A stretch of 64,000 nt of DNA from Squalus acanthias (GCA_030390025.1 JASTWF010000760.1:124001-188000), one strand, 5' to 3'; counted from the stretch's first letter, positions 35,101 through 48,222 are shown. A program made the numbers and translations. The notes: generated from the sequence alone by a model not told the origin.

Positions 35101-36588
35101 CCCACAGTCCGAGCATTTAAAAGATCTCTCGTCAGTGTGAACACATTGATGACACGTCAGGTCCTCGGAACTTTTATAACACTTCCCACAGTCCGAGCAT
35201 TTAAAAGATCTCTCGTCAGTGTGAACACACTGATGACAAGTCAGGTCCTCGGAACTTTTATAACACTTCCCACAGTCCGAGCATTTAAAAGATCTCTCGT
35301 CAGTGTGAACACATTGATGACACACCAGGTCCTCGTTACTTTTATAACACTTCCCACAGTCCGGGCATTTAAAAGATCTCTCGTCAGTGTGAACACACTG
35401 ATGACACACCAGGTCCTCGGAACTTTTATAACACTTCCCACAGTCCGAGCATTTAAAAGATCTCTCGTCAGTGTGAACACACTGATGACAAGTCAGGTCC
35501 TCGGAACTTTTATAACACTTCCCACAGTCCGAGCATTTAAAAGATCTCTCGTCAGTGTGAACACACTGATGACAAGTCAGGTCCTCGGAACTTTTATAAC
35601 ACTTCCCACAGTCCGAGCATTTAAAAGATCTCTCGTCAGTGTGAACACATTGATGACACACCAGGTCCTCGTTACTTTTATAACACTTCCCACAGTCCGA
35701 GCATTTAAAAGATCTCTCGTCAGTGTGAACACACTGATGACACACCAGGTCCTCGGAACTTTTATAACACTTCCCACAGTCCGAGCATTTAAAAGATCTC
35801 TCGTCAGTGTGAACACACTGATGACACACCAGGTCCTCGGAACTTTTATAACACTTCCCACAGTCCGAGCATTTAAAAGATCTCTCGTCAGTGTGAACAC
35901 ATTGATGACAAGTCAGGTCCTCGGAACTTTTATAACACTTCCCACAGTCCGAGCATTTAAAAGATCTCTCGTCAGTGTGAACACATTGATGACACGTCAG
36001 GTCCTCGGAACTTTTATAACACTTCCCACAGTCCGAGCATTTAAAAGATCTCTCGTCAGTGTGAACACATTGATGACACGTCAGAAAACCGGAACTTTTA
36101 TAACACTTCCCGCAGTCCGAGCATTTAAAAGGTCTCTTGTCAGTATGAAGTCGCTGGTGTCTCAACAGGTGGGATGATGTCCTGAACCTCTTCCTGCAGT
36201 GAGAGCAGCTGAACGGTGTGTAACCAGTGTGAATGTACTGGTGCTCTGTCAGTGCCTCAGGGCGTTTAAAGCTTTTCTTGCAGTCGGAGCATTTAAACTT
36301 TCTCTTTTCAGTGTGAACTCGCTGGTGTCTCAGCAGGGCAGATGACTGAGTGAATCCCTTCCCACACACGGAGCAGGTGAATGGCCTCTCCCCGGTGTGA
36401 CTGCGCCGATGAATTTCCAGCTCAAACGAGTAATTGAATCTCTTCCCACAGTCCCCACATTTCCACGGTTTCTCCCCGGTGTGACTGCGCTTGTGTCTCG
36501 ACAGGTCAGATTCTTGGCTGAAGCCTCGTCCACACACAGAACACGTGTACGTTTTCTCCCCACCGTGAACGGTGCTTTTTGCTTCCAT
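32107..36588 (-). CDS. C2H2 zinc-finger gene ZNF-B, 53 fingers including a 38-copy homogenised array
   Basis: Uninterrupted ORF from MEAKS: 5 unique fingers, 38 [10 protein letters not shown][SN]EDL[TV]CHQCVH-type fingers, 10 unique fingers. Confidence 0.9.
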   Translation of the reverse strand: MEAKSTVHGGEKTYTCSVCGRGFSQESDLSRHKRSHTGEKPWKCGDCGKRFNYSFELEIHRRSHTGERPFTCSVCGKGFTQSSALLRHQRVHTEKRKFKCSDCKKSFKRPEALTEHQYIHTGYTPFSCSHCRKRFRTSSHLLRHQRLHTDKRPFKCSDCGKCYKSSGFLTCHQCVHTDERSFKCSDCGKCYKSSEDLTCHQCVHTDERSFKCSDCGKCYKSSEDLTCHQCVHTDERSFKCSDCGKCYKSSEDLVCHQCVHTDERSFKCSDCGKCYKSSEDLVCHQCVHTDERSFKCSDCGKCYKSNEDLVCHQCVHTDERSFKCSDCGKCYKSSEDLTCHQCVHTDERSFKCSDCGKCYKSSEDLTCHQCVHTDERSFKCSDCGKCYKSSEDLVCHQCVHTDERSFKCPDCGKCYKSNEDLVCHQCVHTDERSFKCSDCGKCYKSSEDLTCHQCVHTDERSFKCSDCGKCYKSSEDLTCHQCVHTDERSFKCSDCGKCYKSSEDLTCHQCVHTDERSFKCSDCGKCYKSSEDLTCHQCVHTDERSFKCSDCGKCYKSSEDLTCHQCVHTDERSFKCSDCGKCYKSNEDLTCHQCVHTDERSFKCSDCGKCYKSSEDLTCHQCVHTDERSFKCSDCGKCYKSSEDLTCHQCVHTDERSFKCSDCGKCYKSSEDLVCHQCVHTDERSFKCSDCGKCYKSNEDLVCHQCVHTDERSFKCSDCGKCYKSSGDLTCHQCVHTDERSFKCSDCGKCYKSSEDLTCHQCVHTDERSFKCSDCGKCYKSSEDLVCHQCVHTDERSFKCSDCGKCYKSNEDLVCHQCVHTDERSFKCSDCGKCYKSSEDLVCHQCVHTDERSFKCSDCGKCYKSNEDLVCHQCVHTDERSFKCSDCGKCYKSSEDLTCHQCVHTDERSFKCSDCGKCYKSSEDLTCHQCVHTDERSFKCSDCGKCYKSSEDLVCHQCVHTDERSFKCSDCGKCYKSNEDLVCHQCVHTDERSFKCSDCGKCYKSSEDLTCHQCVHTDERSFKCSDCGKCYKSSEDLTCHQCVHTDERSFKCSDCGKCYKSSEDLTCHQCVHTDERSFKCSDCGKCYKSNEDLTCHQCVHSDERSFKCSDCGKCYKSSEDLMCHQCVHTDERSFKCSDCGKCYKSNEDLTCHQCVHTDERSFKCSDCGKCYKSSEDLVCHQCVHTDERSFKCSDCGKCYKSNEDLVCHQCVHTDDGSFKCSDCGTGFRQSSELTVHQRTHTGERPFTCSVCGKGFTSSFHLLTHKRVHTGERPFTCPECGKGFSQSSNLTKHQLVHTNKRPCKCSYCDKRFKSKKDLLAHQSTHTGERPFKCSECGRGFTRSSHLTEHLLVHSDDRPFQCSDCEKSFKSKRDLLAHQRVHTGERPFTCSVCGKGFARSSHLTEHQLVHTGDRAFQCSDCEKSFKNKKDLVIHHRVHTGERPFSCSVCGKGFTQSSSLLIHQRIHSGERAFTCSVCGKGFTHLSSMLRHQRVHK
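32945..36140 (-). repeat. Coding 84-bp tandem array within ZNF-B
   Basis: Near-identical 84-bp units differing at a few recurring positions. Confidence 0.97.
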
Positions 36589-37414
36589 GTTCAAAGGCCG
36601 ATGATATTCAGGTGCCAATGAAAGAGTGACTCTGTCAGATCTTGATGTGATGTTTGGTTTGAGTTTCCCGTCTACAAATCCTCCCCTTCTTAATACCCTG
36701 TAAAATACAGCAAAAAGGGAGTGAGAGAGAGACTCCACAAAAAAAGCAGGTTGTGAAATTGAGCTCAATGAATCTGGTCATTTGTGGTGCCGGTACTAGA
36801 AAAAAGTGACCATGAAAGCTGCTGGATTGTCGTAAAAACACAACTGGTTCACTAATGTCCTTCAAGCAAGGGAACCTGTCCTATGACTGCCTAGAAGGAA
36901 AAAGGCAGATGGCGCATGGGAACACCATCACCTGCACATTCCCCTCCAAGTCACACACCATCCTGACTTGGACATATATCACCGTTCCTTCATCGTCGCT
37001 GGGTCAGAATCCTGGAACTCCCTCCCTAACAGCACTGTGGGAAAACCTTCATCACACGGACTGCAGCGGTTCAAGTAGGCGACTCACCACCACCTTCTCA
37101 AGGGTAATTAGCGATGGGCAATAAAGGCTGGCCTTGCCAGTGGGGCCCACATCGCAAAAATTAATTTAAAAAACTTGTATAGGTAAAATGGATTAAAAGC
37201 CTCTACACAAATACTTGTTCCGAAAACAATACTCTTTTACATTGTGCGGACAGTGTCTGCTTATCAATTTAATCTCCCCAAGGATCCACCTTCCTTGACA
37301 GTCTCACATCGGAAATTGTTGGGCCCTACTGGAAGTACTCGGGGTTAAACCCAAGCTTCTCCTCCATCTCAAACTGATGCACCAGGAAACACCGACACAG
37401 GCGGCCAGGGACCT

Positions 37415-37880
37415 ACCTTCCGTCAGCCAGCAATAAAACTCTTCCCGGCCGCAGCACCCACAATTCCCCGCGCCCCAGAAACCGCTCTATCCAAGGCGCT
37501 GATTTCCCCGCTGAGAGTGCGCATGCTCCCCGGGGCCGCGGGCCATTCTGGGAGCCTGGCTCCTGTCCTTTGTCCCGAGTCGGACTCGGTGGAACCGGCT
37601 GAAGAAACCGGGAAGCGGCGGCTCGGATGGGGGAGGCGCTGCACCCTGGGTTTCCTGGTGCCGGGGCCCTGGCCGCACGTCCGCCGGGCCCGGCCGCTCT
37701 GATTCGGGGCCTGAGACGCGCACTCGGTGTTGCTGAGGCCGCGCTCGCCCCCGCTCAGTTTCCTGGAGCCGCACCGCGCATGCTCCGCGCAGGAAGGCGG
37801 TCTCCGGGGACCAGCCCTTCCCGCGCCTGCGCGCTGCGCCCCTGCTGATGGAGATAGGCCGTATTCACCCGCGCGGGGCA
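37415..37880 (-). promoter_or_regulatory. CpG-island promoter / non-coding first exon of ZNF-B
   Basis: GC/CpG-rich, GCGCATGC motifs, candidate donor AAG|GTAGGT at ~37417; homologous to 22530-22730 and 44430-44504. Confidence 0.55.
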
Positions 37881-37884
37881 CTCT

Positions 37885-38870
37885 GGTTCTTTATCCCTTC
37901 ATGGGATGTGGGCGTCGCTGGCAAGGCCAGCATTTATTCCCCATCCTAAGTGCCCTTGAGAAGGTGGTGATGAGCCGCCTTCTTGAACCGCTGCAGTCCG
38001 TGTGGTGAAGGTGCTCCCACAATGCTGTTAGGGAGGGAGTTCCAGGATTTTGACCCAGCGACGATGAAGGAATGGCGATATATGTCTAAGTCAGGATGGT
38101 GTGTGACTTGGAGGGGAACTTGGAGTTGATGGTGTTCCCACGCAACTGCTGCCCTTGTCTTTCTAGGAGGAAGAGGTCGCGGGTTTGGGAGGTGCTGCCG
38201 AAGAAGCCCTGGCAAGTTGCTGCAGTGCATCTTGTAGATGGTACACACTGCAGCCACGGTACGCCAGTGGTGGAGGGAGTGAATGTTTAAGGTGGTGGAT
38301 GAGGGTGCCAATCAAGCGGGCTGCTTTGTCCTGGATGGTGTCGAGCTTCTTGAGTGTTGTTGGAGCTGCACTCATCCAGGCAAGTGGAGAGTATTCCATC
38401 ACACTCCTTACTTGTGACTTGTAAATGGTAGAAAGGCTTTGGGGAGTCAGGAGGTGAGACACTCGCCACAGAATACCTAGCCTCTGACCTGCTCTTGTTG
38501 CGACAGTATTTATGTGGCTGGTCCAGTTAAGTTTCTGGTCAATGGTGACCCCCAGGATATTGATGGTGGGGGATTCGGCGATGGTAATGCCGTTGAATGT
38601 CAAGGGGCGGTGGTTAGAATCTCACTTGTTGGAAACAGTCATTGCCTGGTACTTGTGTGGTACAAATGTTACCTGCCACTTATCAGCCCAAGCCTGTGTG
38701 TCATCCAGGTCTTGCTGAATGCGGGCATGGACTGCTTCATTATCTGAGGAGTCGTGAATGGAACTGAACACTGTGTAATCATCAGTGAACATCCCCACTT
38801 CTGTCCTTATGATGGAGGGAAGATCATTGATGAAGTAGCTGAAGATGGTTGGGCCGTGAGCACTGCCCTG
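37885..38870 (-). mobile_element. CR1/L2-group LINE 3' portion
   Basis: RT remnant (INDLP...FTDD) and C-terminal IHSLHHWRTVAAVC. Confidence 0.82.
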
Positions 38871-39406
38871 CAATATTGGGCATTAAACAAAATTAATAAA
38901 TAAATTATACAGAAACCTTAGTGCCCGGGTCCTCAGCCCTGGTGCAAAGGACGTTGGCCTCCACTTTTCCATTACTAACTCGCACCTCAGGCCCCGCCCA
39001 GTCTGGTTTAATTGCTGAATGTTTTCTAACTATGATTTCTAACTCGAGTTCAGGCCTGTCATTCTGACGGAAACATACAAGGCCTCATTTTTTTGTGTGA
39101 CTTATCTGGGAGGTTTTTAATGGCTTTAATAAACTGGCAAAAAGATTTTTTTTAAAGGTGGAAAGAGGTGAAAAACGCAACTAGCGATGCCTCAAAACAC
39201 ACGGGACGGAGAAATCAACTTCATCAGAGCCCCTGCCACAGGACTCGATATCCACCCCCTCTGCCACTGGTGCACTGTGTCTGCAGTATGTACGGTCTAC
39301 AAGATGACCACAGTCAGGCCGGGTGGAGTCAAAGGGCCAGGCAGCAGAATGGATGGAAAGATGGCAACAAACTTCCCTTAACTCCAACCCTCTGATTTCT
39401 ATTTTA

Positions 39407-41315
39407 CATAAGAACATAAGAATCAGCAGCAGGAGTGGGCCATTCGGCCCCTCGAGCCTGCTCCACCATTCAATAGGATCATGGCTGATCTACTACCTCA
39501 TCTCCACTTTCCTGCCCTATCCCCATATCCCTTGATTCCTCTGGAGTCCAAATATCTAACTATCTCAGCCTTGAATATACTCAACCACTGAGCATCCACA
39601 ACATTTTGGGACAGTGAATTCCAAAGATTTACAACCCTCTGAGTGAAGACATTTCTCCTGATCTCTGTCTTAAAAGGCCGACCCTCTTATCCTGAGACTA
39701 TGGCCCCTAGTTCTAGACTCTGCAGCCAGGAGAAACAGTCTCTCAGCATCTACCCTGTCAATCCCCCTCAGAATCTTATATGTTTCAATGAGATCACCTC
39801 TCATTCTTCTAAACTCCAGAGAGTATAGGCCCAATCTACTCAACCTCTCCTCATAGGACAACCTTCTCATCCCAGGGATCAATCTAGTGAACCTTTGTTG
39901 CACCGCCTCTAAGGCAGCTATATCCTTCCTTAAATAAGGAGACCAAAACTGTGCACAGTACTCCAGGTGTGGTCTCACCAAAGCCCTGTACAATTGTAGC
40001 AAGACTTCCTTACTCTTATACTCCAACCCCCTTGCAATAAAGGCCAACATGCCATTTGCCTTCCTAATTGCTGCTGTACCTGCTTGCTAACTCTCTGTGT
40101 TTCTTGTACGAAGACACCTAAATCTCTCTGAACACCAACATTTAATAGTTTACCACCATTTAGAAAATATTCTATTTTTCTGTTCGTCCTACCAAAGTGA
40201 ATAACCTCACATTTCCCCACATTATATTCCATCTGCCATCTTTTTGCCCACTCACTTAACCTGTCCATATCCCTTTGCAGGCTCTTTGCATCCTCCTCAC
40301 AGCTTACTGTCCCACCTAGCTTTGTATCATCAGCAAACTTGGACACATTGCACTCAGTCCCTTCATCTAAGTCATTAATATGGATTGTAAATAGCTGAGG
40401 CATTGATCCTTGCGGCACCCCACTAGTTACAGCCTGCCAATCTGAAAATGACCCATTTATCCCTACTCTTTTTTCTGTCTGTTAACCAATCCTCTATCCA
40501 TGCCAACACATTACCTCCAACCCCGTGTGCCCTTATCTTGCTTAACAACCTCTTATGTAGCACCTTATCGAATGCCTTGCAGAAATCCAAATATACCACA
40601 TCCACTGGTTCCCCTTTATCTACCCTGCTAGTTTTCTCCTCAAAAAACTCTAATAAATTTGTCAAACACAATTTACCTTCCATAAAACCATGTTGACTCT
40701 GTCTAATCATATTATGATTTTCTAAGTGTCCTGATACCACTTGCTTAATAATAGATTCCAGCATTTTCCCGACAACTGATGTCAGGCTAACTGGCCTGTA
40801 GTTCCCTGTTGTCTCTCTCCCTCCTTTCTTGAATAGCGGGGTTACATTTACTACCTTCCAATCCGCTGGGACCATTCCAGAATCTAGGGAATTTTAGAAG
40901 ATCACAACCAATGAATCCACTATCTCCACAGCCTCCTCTTTTAGAACCCTAGGATGTCGGCCGTCAGGTCCAGGGGATTTGTCGGCTTTTAGTCCCATTA
41001 GTTTCTCAAGTACTTTTTCTCTACTGATATTAATGACTTTAAGTTTCTCGCTCTCAGTAGCCCCTTGGTTCCCCACTATTTTTGGTTTACTTTTTGTGTC
41101 TTCTACTGTGAAGACAGATAAAAAATATTTATTTAAAGTCTCTGCCATTTCCTTGTTCCCCAATTTAATTTCTCCTGTCTCAGCCTCTAATGGACCAACA
41201 CTTGCTTTTGCTACTCTCGTCCTTTTCACATACTTGTAGAAGCTCTTACAGTCTGTTTTTATATTTCTTGCTAATTTAAACTCATTCTATTTTCTCCCTT
41301 TTTGTCAATTGTTTG
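39407..41315 (-). mobile_element. 5'-truncated CR1 LINE
   Basis: RT pieces 40894-41229, 40423-40875, 39975-40418 and 39670-40050; tail aagaacataag at ~39410. Confidence 0.88.
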
Positions 41316-41404
41316 GTTTTGTTGCCATCTTTCTATCCATTCTGCTGCCTGGCCCTTCACTCCACTCGGCCTGACCTTGGTCATCTTGTCGATCTTACAA
41401 ACTG

Positions 41405-41885
41405 TTATGGATAGCAAGCTGGTCACAAAACAGAAAACAGAGAGTAGGGGTTAGGAGTAGCTACTCAGACTGACAAAAGGTGGGAAGTGGTGTTCCACGG
41501 GGATCGGTGCTGGGATCACTGTTGTTCATCATTTATTAAACGGTTTGGACTCGGGAATCAGAAGTACAATTTCAAAATTTGTCGATGACACCAAATTGGG
41601 AGGAAAAGTTAATACTGAGGAAAACTGGGACTAAATGCAAGAAGACATTAATAAATTTGCAGAATGGGCCTGTAATTTGGATATATTTCAGTATAGATCA
41701 GTGTGAGGTGGTGTGTTTTGGTAGGAAGAATAAGGAGGCCACTCACTACTTGGAAAATAAGAATCTAAATGGGGGAGAGGAACAAAGTGATCTCGGGATC
41801 CAGATACACAAATCACTAAAAGTAGCGACGCAGGTTAATCAGGCCATAAAAGAAGCAAACAATGGACTGGGGCTCATTTCTAGAG
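41405..41885 (+). mobile_element. Old CR1 RT fragment
   Basis: Degenerate SGVP.GSVLG and ISKFVDDTKLG sequence. Confidence 0.7.
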
Positions 41886-42293
41886 GAGCCGTCTGCTCCG
41901 TGCCCGGGAGCTCAGAACCATGGCAGAGAGCGGCTGGGACACATTTCATACACACCTCAAGAAAGGCCAAAGTGCCGTTTGCCCCTCTCAGTGTGGCCCT
42001 GAAGGACTGTGTCCAGGCTGAAGTTCTGTTCCCGCCGTACGATCCTCCCCCAGATTGTCCTTTCTGAGCTCCAGCCAGGTGATGCTAAACACTCAGGTGG
42101 GAAAGACAAAAATCTACAACAATGTGTTTAACACAAAGCTGATTTATTTGACATATATCCAGAATATTAAACTCCAGCCCAGTTATAGGTGTTATTGACA
42201 TCAGCAGAAACAAACCCCAACTGTCAGAATGAACATGGTTCAGTCCTGGATGTGATTAACAGCAACAATAACAGCAGAATCCAACCCCTGCAG

Positions 42294-43433
42294 TCAATTG
42301 TGAACTCGCTGGTGTGTCAGCAGGGTGGATGACCGAGTGAATCCCTTCCCACACTCAGAGCAGGTGAACGGCCTCTCCCCAGTGTGAACTCTCTCGTTAG
42401 TGTGAACACGTTGATGGCATGTCAGTTCCCCGGAACTTTTATAACACTTCCCACAGTCCAGGCATTTAAATGGTCTCTTATCAGAGTGAACTCGCTGGTG
42501 ATTCAGCAGGGTAGATGACTGAGTGAATCCCTTCCCACACACAGGGCAGGTGAATGGCCTCTCCCCAGTGTGAACTCGCTGGTGTGTCATCAGGTGGGAT
42601 GAACGAGTGAAACCCTTCCCACACTCAGAGCAGGTGAACGGCCTCTCCCCGGTGTGAACTCGCTGGTGTGTTCGAAGGTCGGATGAATTAGTGAATCTTG
42701 TCCCACACTCAGAGCAGGTGAATGGCCTCTCCCCAGTGTGAACTCGCTGGTGTTTCAGCAGGGTGGATGACTGAGTGAATCCCTTCCCACACATGGAGCA
42801 GGTGAATGGCCTCTCCCCAGTGTGAGTGCGCTGGTGTACAGTGAGTTCAGATGATCGCCTGAACCCAGACCCGCAGTGAGAGCAGCTGAACGGTCTCTCC
42901 CCAGTGTGAACACGTTGATGGCATGTCAGTTCCCCGGAACTTTTATAGCACTTCCCACAGTCCGAGCAGTTAAAAGGTCTCTCGTCAGTGTGAACTCGCT
43001 GGTGACTCAGCAGGTTGGATGACTGACTGAATCCCTTCCCACACACAGAGCAGGTGAAGGGCCTCTCCTCAGTGTGAACTCGCTGGTGTCTCAGCAGGTT
43101 GGATGACTGAGTGAATCCCTTCCCACACATGGAGCAAGTGAATGATCTCTCCCCGGTGTGAACTCGCTGGTGTCTCAGTAGGTGGGATGAATTAGTGAAT
43201 CCCTTCCCACACTCAGAGCAGGTGAACGGCCTCTCCCCAGTGTGACTGCGCTTGTGTATTGACAGGCCAGAGGATCGGCTGAAGCCTCGTCCACACACAG
43301 AACACGTGTACGGTTTCTCCCCATTGTGAACGGTGCTTTTTGCTTCCATATTCAAAGGCTGATGATATTCAAGTTCCGATGAATCGAGTGACTCTGTGAG
43401 ATCTTGATTTGATGTGTAGTTTGAGTTTCCCAT
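42294..43433 (-). CDS. C2H2 zinc-finger gene ZNF-C, 12 fingers
   Basis: Open from the acceptor at ~43459; ATGs at 43433 and 43349 (MEAKS); one linker carries a TNERVH duplication. Confidence 0.88.
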   Translation of the reverse strand: MGNSNYTSNQDLTESLDSSELEYHQPLNMEAKSTVHNGEKPYTCSVCGRGFSRSSGLSIHKRSHTGERPFTCSECGKGFTNSSHLLRHQRVHTGERSFTCSMCGKGFTQSSNLLRHQRVHTEERPFTCSVCGKGFSQSSNLLSHQRVHTDERPFNCSDCGKCYKSSGELTCHQRVHTGERPFSCSHCGSGFRRSSELTVHQRTHTGERPFTCSMCGKGFTQSSTLLKHQRVHTGERPFTCSECGTRFTNSSDLRTHQRVHTGERPFTCSECGKGFTRSSHLMTHQRVHTGERPFTCPVCGKGFTQSSTLLNHQRVHSDKRPFKCLDCGKCYKSSGELTCHQRVHTNERVHTGERPFTCSECGKGFTRSSTLLTHQRVHN

Positions 43434-44504
43434 CTGCAAATCCTCCCCTTCTAATACACTGTAAAATGAATTTAAAACAGGGAGCGTGAGAGAGAACCCA
43501 CTAAAGAAGCAGGTAGTGAAATTGAGTTTAATGAAGCTGGTAATTTGTGGGGCTGGCACCAGAAAAAAGTGACCATGAAAACTGCCGGATTGTCGTAAAA
43601 TCCCACTGGTTCACTAATGTCCCTCAGGAAGGGAATCCACCACCTGGTCTGGGCCTACACACGACTCTGGCCTCTATGGGAGGAGAGAGAGAGAGGTGGG
43701 AGTGGGAGGGGGGCAAAGGAGATGGACTTTATACATCTGCAACTCGACCAGAACTTTGACAGAACCTCCAAAACCCGAGAACTCCACCACCTAGAAGGAC
43801 AAAGGTAGAAGGTGCAGGGGAGCACCGTCACCTCCAAGTTCCCCTCCAAGTAACACACCATCCTGACTTAGACATATATCGTCGTTGCTACATCATCGCT
43901 GGGTGAAAATCCTGGAACTCCTTGCACAACTGCATTGTGAGAATACCTTCACCACACGGACTGCAGCAGTTCAAGAAGGCGGCCCACCATCACCTTCTCA
44001 ACGGGAAACTGGGGATTGACAACATATGCTGGCCTTGCTAGCGACGCCCACATCCCAAGAATGAATTAAAACACATCTGTAGATGTAAACTGGACTAAAA
44101 GCCTCTACAGAAATACAATACTTGTTTCTGAAACAATGCTCTTTTACATTGTAGGGACAGTGTCTGTTTAACAACCTAATCTCCCCCAGAATCCACCTCC
44201 CCTGACAGTCTCACATTGGAAATTGTTGGGTCCTCCTGGGCTCAGAAGTACTGGGGGTTAAACCCAGCAGCTTCTCCTCCATCTCCACTCCAGCTCAAAC
44301 TGAAGCAACAAAAAGACCTACACAGGCGGCCAGGGACCGACTTCCGCATCCAGCGCCCGCCCTGATACAAGCCGGCTCTGGATTGGCGGGTCTGCTGTGT
44401 CGATGCCAGTTGTGGTTTCTCCTGTCTGGGGGAGGCGCTGCACCCTGGGTTTCCTGGTGCCGGGGCCCTGGCCGCACGTCCGCTGGGCCCGGCCGCTCTG
44501 ATTC

Positions 44505-46981
44505 TGATTGAGTTTTTTGATGAGGTAACAGAGAGGGTTGATGAGGGCAATGTGGTTAACGTGGTGTACATGGATTTCCAAAAGGCGTTCGACAAGTGCC
44601 ATATAAGAGGCTTGCCAGCAAAATTGAAGCCCATGGAATAAAAGGGACAATGGCAGCATGGATACGAAATTGGCTAAGTGACAGAAAACAGAGAGTAGTG
44701 GTGAACGGTTGTTTTTCGGACTGGAGGAAGGTACACAGTGGTGTTCCCCAGGTGTCGGTACTCGGACCACTGCTTTACTTGATATATATTAATGACTTGG
44801 GTGTACAGGACACAATTTCAAAATTTGCAGATGACACAAAACTTGGAAGTACAGTGAACAGTGAGGAGGATAGTGATAGACTTCAAGAAGACATAGACAG
44901 GCTGGTGGAATGGGTGGACACGTGGCAGATGAAATTTAATGCAGAAAAGTTCAAAGTAACACATTTTGGTAGGAAGAACGAGGAGAGGCAATATAAACTA
45001 AAGGGTACAATTCTAAAGTGGGTGCATGAACAGAGAGACCTGGGGGTATGTGTGCACAAATCGTTGAAGGTGGCAGGGCAGGTTGAGAAAGGGGTTAAAA
45101 TAGCTTCCAGGATCCTGGGCTTTATAAATAGAGGCATAGAGTCCAAAAGCAAGGAAGTTATGATGAACCTTTATAACATAAGAACATAAGAACATAAGAA
45201 ATAGGAGCAGGAGTAGGCCAATCGGCCCCTCGAGCCTGCTCCGCCATTCAATAAGATCATGGCTGATCTGATCCTAACCGCCAATCTACTATCTATCACA
45301 GAACCATCTCCTGCATCTAACAGAATTGCACACACGAAATAGGAGCAGAATCAGGCTACACGGTCCCTGGGCCCGCTCCACTACCCACAGGGCCATGACC
45401 GATCCGAACCTAGACTCATGTCCAAATTCCTGCCCGCTCCCCGTAACCCTTAATGCCCTTTACTTCTAGGAAACTGTCAATTTCTGTTTTAAATTTATTT
45501 AATGATGTAGCTTCTACAGCTTTTTGTGGCAGCATATTCCATGGACCTACCACCCTCTGAGTGAAGTAGTTCCTCCTCATCTCAGTTTTGAAAGAGCAGC
45601 CCCTTATTCTAAGACTATGTCCCCTAGTTCTAGTCTCACCTGTCATCGGGAACATCCTCCCCGCATCCACCCGGTCCAACCCCTTCACAATCTTATATGT
45701 TTCAATAAGATCGCCTCTCATTCTTCTGAACTCCAATGAGTAGAGTCCCAATCTACCCAACCTCTCCTCATATGACCACCCCCTCATCCCCGGGATTAAC
45801 CGAGTGAACCTTTTTTGCACTGCCTTGAGAGCAAGGATGTCTTTCCTTAAGTAAGGACACCAAAACTGTATGCAGTATTCCAGGTGCGGTCTCACCAATA
45901 CCTTGTACAACTGAAGCAATACCTCCCTATTTTTATATTCTATCCCCCTAGCAATGAAAGCCAACATTCCATTTGCCTTCTTAATCACTTGCTGCACCTG
46001 CATACTAACCTTTTGAGTTTCGTGCACCAGGACCCCCAGATCCCTTTGCACTTCAGTACTCTCCAGTTTCTTGCCATTAAGATAATAAATTGCTCTAGGA
46101 TTTTTCCTGCCAAAGTGCATCACCTCACACTTTCCAGTGTTGTATTCCATCTGCCAAATCTCTGCCCACTTACTTAGCCTGTCTATGTCCCCTTGCAGGT
46201 TTTTTATGTCCTCCTCACTCACCACTTTCCCTCCCATCTTTGTATCATCTGCAAATTTTGATATGTTACACTTGGTCCCTTCCTCCAAATCGTTAATATA
46301 GATTGTAAAGAGTTGGGGACCCAGCACTGACCCCTGTGGAACACCACTAGTTACTGATTGCCAGTCTGAGAATGAACCATTTATCCCAACTCTTTGCTTT
46401 CTGTTAGATAGCCAATCCTCTGGTTCGGCCTCAACTGGAGTATTGTGTCCAATTCTGGGCACCGCACTTTATGAAGGATGTGAAGGGCTTAGAGAGGGTG
46501 CAGAAAAGATTTACAAGAATGGTTCCAGGGATGAGGGACTTCAGTTACGTGGATAGACTGGAGAAGCTGGGGTTGTTCTCCATAGAGCAGAGAGGTTGAG
46601 AGGAGATTTGACAGAGGTGTTCAAAATCACGAGGGGTCGGGACAGAGTAGATTGAGAGAAACTGTTCCCATTGGCGGAAGGGTTGAGAACCAGAGGACAC
46701 AGATTTAAGGTGATTGGCAGAAGAACCAAAGGCGACATGAGGAAAAACTTTTTTACGCAGCGAGTGGTTAGGATCTGGAATGCACTGCCTGAAAGGGTGG
46801 TGGAGGCAGATTCAATCACGGCTTTCAAAAGGGAATTGGATAAGTACCTGAAAGAAAAAATTTGCAGGGCTACGGGGAAAGGGCGGGGAGTGGGACTAGC
46901 TGAAGTGATCTTGCAGAGAGCCGGCACGGGCTCGACGGGCTAAATGGCCTCCTTCTGTGCTGTAACCATTCTATGATTCTA
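44505..46981 (+). mobile_element. CR1 LINE (44505-45175 and 46421-46981) interrupted by a nested CR1
   Basis: Outer RT reads ...VMMNLY and resumes LVRPQLEYCVQFW after the insert; tail ttctatgattctat. Confidence 0.85.
45176..46420 (-). mobile_element. Nested 5'-truncated CR1, same subfamily as the copy at 8007
   Basis: RT ORF 45416-46420 and 3' UTR nearly identical to 8007-9240. Confidence 0.9.
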
Positions 46982-47164
46982 TAAAATATTAGAAAGTTTG
47001 TGCCACAGAAGCACGGGGTTTATCTGCTTTTATTGATGAATTTAAAAAGTCTGTATTAAAACCTGAGCCAGTGTGTTGTGAGACAAAGAGCCTTGTGTCC
47101 AATAAGGGGAATAAAGGCCCACAGCCTCCCCTGGCCCCGGGCCCTGAACAAGGGACTGGAGAAA

Positions 47165-47735
47165 CTCGCTGCCCCGCGGATCAGACAATCAGCCGGCGCT
47201 AGTCCCGCCCCTCGGGCTCCCCGATTGGTTGGAGGACCCGCCGCCGGCTCGCTCCTCCAGTCCCGCCCCGCTCGCTCCCTATTGGTCGGAAGCTCCCGTC
47301 AATCAGGCCGTGGGCCCGGGTCACGTGTCCCCGCGGAAATCACGTGCTCCGTCCAACTGCCGGCGCTCGGTCCGGGGCCTCGCGGACTCTCAGGTTTTTC
47401 TGTTTCTCTTTATTCTCTCCCGATCCACCCCTCCCCCCCACCCCGCGCGATTCACCACCCAATCGGAGCGGAGAAAACTCACTTTGCGTCACCGATCGCG
47501 ACTCTGTAACCGACACCTTTCCCCGGAATGCCCCGCGCCGACTCCGTCCGACGTGATCCGACCGCGCAGGCGCAGCTCCGAGTGGGGGAGGCGTGTTGGT
47601 GTCCTCTGGGCATGCGCGGTTATTACCCTTGGCGACCGGGAGGTGTCGCTGTGCCGGACTCGGCCCAAACCGCCGTTCCGCGTGCGCATGCGCGGACTCT
47701 GAACCAACAGCCAGAAGAGGTCGCTGGTGAGACCA
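47165..47735. promoter_or_regulatory. CpG-island promoter upstream of ZNF-D
   Basis: Several CCAAT/ATTGG boxes, GC boxes, two TCACGTG E-boxes, GCGCATGCGC. Confidence 0.6.
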
Positions 47736-47737
47736 GT

Positions 47738-48211
47738 GAAGAAAGAAAGACTTGCATTTCTATAGCGCCTTTCACCACCACCGGACGTCCCAAAGCGCTT
47801 TACAGCCAATGAAGTACTTTTGAAGTGTAGTCACTGTTGTAATGTAGGAAACGCAGCAGCCAATTAGTGCACAGCAAGCTCCCACAAACAGCAATCTGAT
47901 AATGACCAGATAATCTATCTTTTTTGTTATTGTGATTGAGGGATAAACATTGGCTAGGGCACCAGGGATAACTCCCCTGCTCTTATTCAAAATAGTACCA
48001 TAGGATCGTTGACGTCCTCCTGAGAGAGCAGACGGGGCCTCGGTTTAACGTCTCCTCCAAAAGACGGCACCTCCGACAGTGCCGCACTCCCTCAGCACTG
48101 CACTGGAGCGTCAGCCTGGATTCCTGTGCTCAAGTCTCTGGAGTGGGACTTGAACCCACAACTTTCTGACTCAGAGGCGAGAGTGCGACCCACTGAGCCA
48201 CTGGCTGACAC
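47738..48211 (-). mobile_element. SacSINE1-like SINE, full length
   Basis: tRNA-like head TGTCAGCCAGTGGCTCAGTGGG...GGTTCAAGTCC, Deu-type body, (CTTT)n tail. Confidence 0.85.
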
Positions 48212-48222
48212 TAAAGGACAAG

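Noticed and set aside
32953-36177. 1074-aa plus-strand ORF
   Set aside because: Antisense shadow of the 84-bp finger array
32107-36768. PRDM9 ortholog
   Set aside because: No KRAB, SSXRD or PR/SET exons seen; the array is internal and its main variation avoids DNA-contact residues
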